Source: Chrysomallon squamiferum
Lineage: Eukaryota; Animalia; Mollusca
Reading direction: 5' to 3'
Assembly: GCA_012295275.1 (NCBI GenBank)
Contig: CM022674.1
Location: forward strand, 7,812,001-7,876,000
DNA length: 64,000 nt
The notes beneath the pieces were generated by a model. The model saw only the letters and a program-made list of their open reading frames with translations, made no database searches and had not been told where the DNA came from. Numbering within the stretch: position 1 is the stretch's first letter; every line of letters starts with the position of its first letter. Both the position numbers and the translations under genes were made by a program. Shown here piece after piece: positions 41,026-51,108 of this stretch.

Positions 41026-42989
41026 ATCAGTAGAATTTCATTTACTCTAGATTTGTGGGTGTGTAAGATATTACAAATCAGTGTAGGTATTAAGAAAGCT
41101 CATCTAACAAATCTAGTGTACTTTATTGTGAGGAAAGTCTGGCATTAATAAAACAAATACTATAATAGTTTATATAGATAAGCTTGTGATGAGTTGAATA
41201 ATTTTATAATTGTGTATTTAGCCGCTATAATTTACTGCTCTTTATGTCTATTAAAGTTTGTCGTGTTTAATTTACATTATGATGATTGGAACAGAAAGTA
41301 GCCTGGTGGCACTCTGAAATCATTGGTTATTTCTTGGGCATAATATAATAATAAATGTATTCTGACATACTATATTAATATTCATCACTCCCTCCATCTG
41401 TCTATCCATTAATTTATCATAATCATTCATAAACTCAGTCCATCCATCATTCTTTCCATCTTTTTCCATCCAGCTGTACCTAAACAATTTTATTAGTTTC
41501 CCAATATAGTTACAAATTTTTAAAAAGGCTAGCAGATCAAAAACAATACTAAAATTTAAACATCAATTTCTTTTTATTACCTGATTTTAATACAGTATTT
41601 TTTTTTTTTTTTAAAATTAATATTTTTTTACTTCCTGCTTATTTTGGCATCATTTTATTATTCTCTGGTGTGCAATTTCACTTTTCTTTATTTATGACGC
41701 TGGTGAAATTTCAGATATTACTTCATAAAATTGTGCTGGCATTTCCATGCTTATCTAACCAGGAAAATGAAAGTGAAAAGTTTTGATAAGAAAAAATATT
41801 CCAAATAAAAGTAATGTGTTTCAGGCGATAGTGCAGAAAAACCTTCACTCATCTCCCACAAGAACCATCCCCTACATCTTCGTCGCTGAAAGAAATTGCT
41901 TTTATATTCATGATTTTCAGTCGCTCTGTTACTTCTTTGACAGTTTGCATCAACCTCGATATTTTTCTGACAAGTTGGGATAATTTAAAGGCAAGATTCC
42001 TCTGCAGAATAATAATATTGTTGAACTCAATCACAAGTGGGTTGTAGCTGGGGTCGTTTTTCTTGAAAACATCTTGTTGACTTTCACAGATAATGGCCAC
42101 TCAAGTCTTGCTTTAACGTCAAGCAATCATGACAAGAACAGTATTATCATAAAGAGTAAATGTTCTGATGTTATATCATACATACTATAATGGTCTGTCA
42201 CAACTGGCAGCATCTTTATAATAGGGCTTTAAAAGTGATATAACTCCAACATATATGATGGCAACCCATTGTCTAATGCAGATATGAATATTCATTTTAT
42301 TGACGGCTTTGCTGTAGAGTGGAATGCATTAATGGCCATATGTCTCTGGTGTTATAACACAGATATAAATACTAAGCTGTGAATTAATAATGCTATTCTC
42401 TATGGAAGATATTAAATTTTCTTAATGCTTCATGGTAATTGTGTTGATGGAAAATAACTAACCTACACATGTTTTATATATGTTACACACACAGAACTAA
42501 ATTAAAAGAAATAATACATAAATAAATAATGTTTGAAAAAAAAAAAAAAAAAAAAAAAAAAGAAAGAAAGGACAGAAACAAACAAATAATTGTGAAATAT
42601 AAAACAAAAAACAATTCCCTAAGAAAGTAAATATTACTGTTTTGAAACCAATTATATTCATGAATTTGCCTAGAACATGACGGAATCTTTTTTGTGTGCT
42701 CTGATCACATTAAAATATTTAAATTGAAGCAGTTTGTCATGTCTGTGTGTATGTCAGTCTGGCAGAATGTTGTAAATACATAATGTTCTTCATTTCAAAT
42801 ATCTGGCAAATAGTTTCAGGTTTCTTCTTTTGGCCCATACATCAACTGTCTGAATTATGTTGATGCATATTTAAAATAAACAACAAAGAAGTAATTATTA
42901 AAGCACTAACAAACAACATTAGTCATGAATAAATCAACAGAAAATCAAACTAGATATAGCAAATGTGTAGGTCATTACTATAACACTGT

Positions 42990-43180
42990 ATAGGTCATCA
43001 TTATATATCCTGGAAAATAATCAATATATAGTGGAAAACAATCAACATATAGGTCATTGTTATAAATCCTGGAAAACAATCAACATATAGATCAGTCAAA
43101 TATATCCTGGAAAACAATCAACAGATAGGTCATCATTATATATCCTGGAAAACAGTCAACATACAGGTCATTATTATAAA
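42990..43180. repeat. Minisatellite, ~5 copies of a 38-bp unit (AGGTCATCATTATATATCCTGGAAAACAATCAACATAT)
   Basis: Unit starts recur at ~43051, 43089, 43127 and 43165. Confidence 0.85.
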
Positions 43181-43309
43181 TCAAGGACAATGCATATGTC
43201 ACAATAACAGCTTAACAACACATTACCATACACCAGTGGGCAAAGAAAAGTTAGGTCATTATAAAACTGTAACAAACAAAACTAATTACTGTAGCATTGT
43301 ATGACAAGC

Positions 43310-43615
43310 AAAGGATCATTATAATAACAGTATAACAAAACAAACATTTTAACAGTGACTCCACATAACAAAACAGTAACAGTATAACAAAATAAAAACT
43401 ATAACACAATAAAATCATTATAACACACCATAACCAACAAACAGGATCATTATATCACTATAAAAACAAAAAGTATCATAATATCACACAATAACAAACA
43501 AAAAGGATCATTATAACACACCATAACAAACAAAAGGGATCATTATATCACACTATAACCAACAAAAAGGATCATTATATCACTGTGTAATAAAGAAAAC
43601 ACAGGTTATTATAAC
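43310..43615. repeat. Degenerate ~32-bp minisatellite (GGATCATTATAACACACCATAACAAACAAAA)
   Basis: Recurrent GGATCATTATA...AACAAACAAAA units. Confidence 0.75.
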
Positions 43616-44679
43616 AGTAACGTTACAATCCTGGAGGATAATAAACCTTACAGAGGTCATTATACTTAATGCATGACATGTCATGACTCATTATCATTTG
43701 CATTTGGTGTACAGTAATGAAAATAACTGTAATTATCAGTGTTAGTCATGAATTATTTCTTGCAGAGTTAAGGACAACAGTTGTACAAGTATTGATATCT
43801 GCACATTCCTATTCAGTATAATTGTTAGAGAACATGAGATGGGAGTTGGCTGATTAAACATCCGACTGTGTGATATGAGTTTTATTCCACAGTTTATAGC
43901 TGTCAGGTGAAATGGTCAAATACTGATGATAGGTATATCAGTTCACTGATTTTTGTGAAACTGATGGATTCAGTAAATTTGTTTATGTGGTGTGTGTCTA
44001 TGTATGGATGTGATTGTATGTTTGTGTGTACATGTGTGTGTGTGTGATGGTGGTGATGTGATGGGATATGATTATATGTCTTTATATGTGTGATTATGTG
44101 TGGATTTATAATTGTATATGTATGCACACAGCACAATCAGTGGTCCACATATATGAAGCATAAATGTTTTAAGTAATGACCAAATTATCAAACTTGTAAA
44201 CAATCCACAAAGAAAAGAATCAAATTTAAATGTTTGTCTAAAATGAAACACAATACAATATATATAAACTAATTAAACAAGTTAATGGATGGTCCAAAAG
44301 TAAACTTATAAACACAGGTTATAAAAGACCCACACAAGCAATGACACAAAACAAATAAGCATATAGATGTTACAGAAAGAAACTGGTGAACACTGGTGGA
44401 AATAAAACTATATCAAGATATATTAATTATGTTAATGTATGGTATAAACTAAACATTTCAGTATATGTTAATCCACAATGTTAATTAATCATATGTATCA
44501 TATGAGCCATCATTTGTGTGTAGAATTGCATTTTCCATGTAAGTGACAAAGGCTAATTTTGTAATGAATATTAATATTTATTCTGTATCAGTTGACGATA
44601 CACTTCAACAGTCTTAATTAACAGAAAGAAATAACTTGTGTGCTTTCTCACTACTATAGTAGCATTGTCAAGTATGAAA

Positions 44680-45060
44680 CTCACGCATGTTATTGATTGG
44701 TGTGGCTCAAGTCTCAAAACGTGGAGCTTTGTTACAACTACCAATACTTTTTAAAACGCCAGGAAGCATCAGCAACATCACTATTTCCGTGGTCGTTTTG
44801 CAAACAACTACTTACAGTACCGCAACTGACCAGCTACTGAAATGTCCACTTTTTGTCTCTCATTGGCTTGTTATTTGATTTTCTCTCCAAGTGAGTGTGT
44901 ATCTGCTGCTTGAGGAGAATCGTGGGGAAAAAGGGAAAAAGCCAATTACACAGTTAGCAGAGAGTTTTGTCATCAGCTGATTGGCTTTGTGGACTTCAAA
45001 AAAAAAAAAAAAAAAAAAAAAAAGTTATTCCACGGAGCTGTTTGATGTTTTTTTTTCAGT
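44680..45060 (+). promoter_or_regulatory. Candidate internal promoter for the transmembrane agrin exon
   Basis: Five CCAAT/ATTGG boxes (44696, 44741, 44862, 44942, 44980) and local CpG retention, ~0.6-0.9 kb upstream of ATG 45616. Confidence 0.55.
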
Positions 45061-45615
45061 GATTTGTTTGTTTTGTACTTACACTGACATGTAAACAGTG
45101 CTTGTTTTTCTGATCATTTTCAAATTGTGTGTGTTTAGGATTTACTGTTGAATTCCTTGTCAGAAGTTTTTGAACACTGTGGGCCGGAATGCTATTCTAA
45201 ACAAAGTTTTGTTACAGTGATAATCAGAGAATTACTAAAGCTTGATTAAAAATTTATTTCAGATATTTGTTTGTTGCTGAAGTTTGCTATAAACATAAAA
45301 TTGAAAACTATTCAATATAATTAAATTCATAATGTAATAAAAAAATTTAAACTTAGTGAAGTTAATTTACTAAAAAAATGTGACATTTTAATGATAATAG
45401 AAAGTGTGAGATAAACCATGATGTGAAACATGTGCAGATATATTATAAGTAATTCAAACCTGAACAGATGTAAATATTTCATGAAAAAGTAAGATGAATA
45501 TTTGAAAAAAGAAATCTATAAATTTTGACATTCAAAGATGAGCATTAAAGAGACAAAATAGAAAAAGTTCGTTATACAACATTATGAGGATTTTTCGTTG
45601 AATTGATTGACCATC

Positions 45616-45817
45616 ATGGTTGTCCTAACCAAACATGCCATGACAATTGTGTCAGGCAAAAACACTTGTCTGGTTTCTACTCATGTGGCTGCACGGGGCA
45701 GGGTCAGGAAGTGTGTGCGCAGAAACCGCCTGGCACTTCTCTGTGTTTCTATGGGATTATTTTGGTGTGTTTTAGCCATAGTCATGATTCTCCAGTACTC
45801 AAGACTCATAGCACAAG
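45616..45817 (+). CDS. AGRN: Candidate alternative first coding exon of agrin encoding a type II membrane anchor (TM/SN-agrin-like N-terminus)
   Basis: The ATG has strong context (atcATGg) with an in-frame TGA at 45604. It encodes MVVLTKHAMTIVSGKNTCLVSTHVAARGRVRKCVRRNR-LALLCVSMGLFWCVLAIVMIL-QYSRLIAQ, a basic cluster followed by 21 hydrophobic residues. It ends at a phase-1 donor CAAG|GTAACA (202 nt = 67 codons + 1), the same phase as the NtA exon and the downstream microexon acceptor. Confidence 0.7.
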
Positions 45818-48800
45818 GTAACAACTCTTTTGTTTCAAAGTTAAAAATATTTTCATTAATTAGTAGAAAAAATCCTGTCATTTGCTATAATGATAAAAAA
45901 ATGTTATCTAGAACATTGATTTATATCATCAGTTATTGTTTTCATTTAATAAATATCATTAGAGATCATTGCTTCTTTTTTGCAGGTTAAACTTTTGGAT
46001 ATCCTCCATAAAATATATATATAATACTTTACATCTGAAATATAATCTTTTATACAAACCTGCCCATAGGTGGGAAAATTAAATGGCCATTATAAAAATC
46101 AGTTAAAATAGGAAATGGCACAATACTTTGATTAAAGAACTGTAGCTATACTGTAACTTTAAATGTAATTAACAGTGTTAGAAGAGCATATAGAAATAAT
46201 TAAAAATTTGCAGAAATATAATCTTTTATAAGAACGTTCTCGAACTGTAACAGAAATAAGTTTAAATATAATATAATAGTCTTAGAACAGCATGTAGAAA
46301 GAATTTTGAAATTATTTTATAAAGGAAAGATTTTATTAATATTATTTTCTCTGATAGTTAACAAACTGTAACAATTGTTTATTGGCATAAATTAATTAAA
46401 AACTTACATAAAAAGATGTCATTTCCCCTAAATGACACATGGCACCAATGTTTTATAATTAAGCTATCGTAGTTCACTCTAATGTCTGTCAGTCTAAAGT
46501 TGTGATTTCTTTTTGTGCTGTTTAAATCAACTGCTTCAAGGAAATCAGATTTAAAATTTGTTATATTAACTTCATTGAGAACAACACAGAAATACATTCC
46601 CATTCAGAAAGAAAACAACATTTGTGTGTACATGCAGCTGAGAAGGAGAAAGAGAATTTTAGCTGAATTTTATTAACAGTTATATAAAAGTTCACTGTCT
46701 TATTTTGTTTCACACACACACAAAAGATAAAACATTAATTATTAATTATAATAATGTAAATATCAATATTAAAAAATTCATAATAAATTGTTGAAATTGA
46801 ATTTCCTGAATTAGAAGTTTAGAAGTCTTGAAAAATTTAGAATTATCAAAGTTTGACTGTCCTTGTAATCATAGCATTCTGGTTAAAATGAAAAAGAAAA
46901 CCCCAGTGAATTCTCACATTTCTCAGAAGAGAATTAAATGTCACAGTTATAAGAAAAAATCTTGGTCAACTAATATGGAGCTTAGTTGCCATTGACAACC
47001 ATCATTAGGTGCCATTTATTCCATTATTGAACTGTACATTATTTTTTATTGTTTTATTTTTTTTCCCTTATTTCGGTAATTTAAAACTAATGGCTGTTGC
47101 TTTTTTAAAACATGTTTAAAAATGTTCTTTTGAAACCACAAATGGAAAGCATTTTAAAATTTTAATTTGAAATATGTTTTCATTCAGATGGTCTTTGTTT
47201 ACATTACAAATTACAAAGTATATGAATATTTGTAGATACATATGTGTCTGTTTTGAAATAGAGTTAATGTAATTGCATTATAAGACCAGAGAGAGAGAGA
47301 GAGAGAGACACAGAGAGAGACAGAGAGAGAGAGACATTTGATTAACAAGATATATTTTATAAACATTTTATTTTACTGAGCAGGTATGCACATACCAAGG
47401 TCTATAGACTGCTTGGAATGGAAATTTGCTCTGTAAGCCATTGATGAAGATTGCTCTTGTAGTCTTTATACCATCTACAAACAAATTATCTGTAGCCTAC
47501 TTTATTGTCTCTGAGACAAAATTAACCTGGGGTTAAAAAAATAATAATAATAAAAAAGAAAGAAGTAAGTAGAAACAAATAAAATTGAACAAATAAAATT
47601 AGAAAAATAAAAGAAAAACTTATTTGCTTTTCACATACATAATCAGTTAGAAAAAACAAAATCAATGATAAAATGGCTTCATTTTTTTGGGTTTTTTTTA
47701 AAGTTATTATTTTTCTTTTCAACCACTTATTGCTGTTAAATTCAGTATATTGAATTTCATCTACACATGAGCACAGACATTTAGTTTTAGTTTGGGTTTC
47801 TGGTTAGAAAAATAAAAAGATTAAAAAGCAGTTATGAATTTACAATTTCTGCTGAAGTTTTAAAGCAAAATTTCTACCAGAAAATCTGTATCAGTTCTAA
47901 CAATTTTGTCACAATCTGTAGAGAAGTATCTAGAGCAAAAATAGTATTAAAAAAAAAAGAAGTCAAAAATTAAAAAAAAGTGAAGAAAATAAATGAAAGA
48001 AAAACCAGCAAGTGAACATTTTTGACCCAGTGTGCGGTGAAGTGTGTGGAATGAGGGTCCCTGTCTGCAGGTTTAATTTATAACTGTTGAGCAACACAAC
48101 AAAACAGCAAATCTTATATGCTAATCTGCACAGTGATTACCCAGATGTGTACATTTTCCACCAATAAAACCTTACATTAAATTGATTGTTGTGAAAATAT
48201 TGAGTTCCTATTGATCTTTTTAGTTTCAGCTGATGGCAATCAATGATTTAAAATCTGTGTAAAATCAGAATATGAAATGTCTGTGTATGTCTTAATACAA
48301 AATATCTGAATTCATCTAAAATGTGGAATTTTGAAGTATGTCTAAATGTGATCTCATACTTCTTATAATGATGTAAAGATATGGAATTTCAGTGTACAAA
48401 TAAATACGAAATATCTATATTATAAAGATATGAAATATCTGTGTTTATCTAAACTGTGGTATAAAGATATGAAATTTTAGAACACAATGCTGTAGGAATA
48501 CGTGAAATGTCCTTCAGTGTCCAGAATGAAGATATGAAATTTCATGTACAACATGTAAATAGCATTGCCAATACTGTTAATTGTTTTGGTAATGATTTTA
48601 TATTAAATTACATGTTTATGTATTTGTTCACTGTCTGTGGGATTGGAAAATTTAAAAAATAATTTTTTTTTTAGTTTTTTTTTTTAAATCTGAGCAAAAA
48701 TAAAAATGGATGTAAAAAAATCTGAGATATTGATTATATAAATAATTTATTCATATTTTATTATTTTACAAAAATGAGTAAAATGTTTTCAGTGATTATG

Positions 48801-50271
48801 CTTTAAAAATATATAATCTGATATTAAATGTAAATTGATAAATGATTTAAAGTATTAAAACATATGCACACTCACATCTGCACCCATCTTATAAATAAAT
48901 AAAAAAATAAAACAAATTGATAAATATATATACAAAAGATATGTGGACACACACACAAACACACACACACATAACACCATCTACACATAATACACATTCA
49001 CACACATATATACAACTATATACATAAACACAAATAATACTACTAAAGTGAAGACACTAATAAAAATGAATAATCCATAAACATATAAGCCTTATTTAGG
49101 GTACAAAAAAAATGAAAAATAGATATTATTTTTATAGGTGAAAATGTTATTAACAAATACAGGTAAACTGCAGGTAAATAACTGATATCTTTTTCATAAT
49201 CTTCTACAATACATAAAATATAAATCTATACCAGTGATAAAACATATGTATTGTATTTTTTATGTACAATTATTTGATTGCTTTGATGAAGTTGTATAGA
49301 TTATATTGATCAAAAAGTTATTTATTCCACAAAACACAAAAATATATATTTTATTCATACCACTGCAATCAGTGATCAGAGTGATGTGTTGTCATGTTTT
49401 ACAGTTATAGAACATTTTCAAGTAGATTACACTATCTGGTGTTACAATACCGACATAAAAACAACAGGCTGTGGCATCAACTTTCTTTAGTATACCCTTG
49501 AGAGAATTTCCTCTTCTGACAAATGTATCATTACGTAATAAAATATTAACATATCAAAAGGTGCCTTTTCCTCAAAATAAAAATAAATAGTAATAGTAAT
49601 AATAATAATTAAACAACAACAAAAAAAAATCGATAAAAAAATAAAAAAAAATACATGAAATGAACAAATATTATTTAAAAAATAAACATTAAATAATAAG
49701 AAATTAAGAAAAATTAAAAAGTAAATAATAAAATGTATTAAATGACAAAACGTTTTTTATTAAATTAGTTCTGATAAATAAATATCCTTGCTGTTTTGTT
49801 TATAGTCATTTGTTTATTATATAAATAATTCCACTTGAACTTGAAGAAAAACATGACACTCTTATATTTTTCAGTTATATTTTTTAATTATTATTATTTT
49901 TACTTATTTATCATCATTATTATTATTATTATATATACATTGTCATTTTTCTTTTCATCACATTTAAGAAAAAGGTGTGTTTTTGTTTTTTTATACTTAT
50001 CTTTGTATGAAAATATAAATATGGTTAATTTCAGCTGTTACTAAAAAGAATATTCAAATATTTATTTCTAAATAATTTTGTTTACAGCTTAGTCATTATG
50101 ATTTCCTGTTATATCTGGTGCCTACAGAATTTAAATATTATACTTTTTTATTAACAAAGTTTGTTATAACATATATTGTTAATAAATTTTGTTTTTATAT
50201 TTTTTACAGGTAGAAATGAAATACTTGTTAGATGGTTTTTGTTAAGAATGATTATTTTTTTTTTTTTACAG

Positions 50272-50307
50272 GTAGACCTTACAAAGTGCCAGAAGAGCCT
50301 AAAAATG
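50272..50307 (+). CDS. AGRN: Agrin 36-nt phase 1-1 proline-rich linker microexon, (G)RPYKVPEEPKN
   Basis: It has a long poly-T acceptor TTTTTTTTTTTTTACAG| and a consensus donor ATG|GTGAGT. It is 36 nt and open in the frame set by both upstream phase-1 donors. It is positionally analogous to the short Pro-rich vertebrate exon (KPG.HFTP.PPTPPD) between NtA/TM and the first follistatin domain. Confidence 0.8.
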
Positions 50308-50404
50308 GTGAGTAAAATCTATTTCTTGTTTATGTAGCTGTGATTACATTAAAACTTACTAAACCTACAAATACTAAACTGAAGTATAAATGTATTCAGT
50401 AACT

Positions 50405-51108
50405 ACAGATTCAGATTCAGCTTATACCAACATACTGAAATTCAGCTCATTCCTTTTTGAGTTTCAGCTTATTACAAGTACACTGAGATTCAGCTTATTA
50501 TAAATACATTGAGATTCAGCTTATTACCAATACACTGAGATTCAGCTTATTATCAAAACACTGATATTCAACTTATTATAAATACATTGAGATTCAGCTT
50601 ATTACCAACAGACAGAGATTGAGCTTATTACCAACAGACAGAGATTCAGCTTATTACCAAAATACTGAAATTCTGCTTATTACCAACAGACAGAGCTTCA
50701 GCTTATTACCAATGCACTGAAATTCAGCTTATTATCAAAACACTGGTATTCAACTTATTGTAAATACATTGAGTTTCAGCTTATTTCCAACACACCAAGA
50801 TTCAGCTTATTACCAGTGCACTGAAATTCAGCTTATTACCAATGCATTGAAATTCAGCTTATTACCAATGCATTGAAATTCAGCTTATTACCAACGCATT
50901 GAAATTCAGCTTATTACCAACGCATTGAAAGTCAACTTATTACCAACGCATTGAAATTCAGCTTATTACCAACGCATTGAAAGTCAACTTATTACCAATG
51001 CATTGAAATTCAGCTTATTACCAATGCATTGAAATTCAGCTTATTACCAACGCATTGAAAGTCAACTTATTACCAACGCATTGAAATTCAGCTTATTACC
51101 AACACACT
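50405..51108. repeat. Minisatellite, ~27 copies of a 26-bp unit (TTCAGCTTATTACCAATGCATTGAAA)
   Basis: The 26-bp period is read directly (e.g. TTCAG at 50827 and 50853). The 5' copies are diverged and the 3' copies homogeneous. Confidence 0.95.

Noticed and set aside
50405-51108. Possible CRISPR-like array (constant core plus variable part)
   Set aside because: The variable portions are clearly related to each other and only ~14 bp long; this is an ordinary diverging minisatellite.
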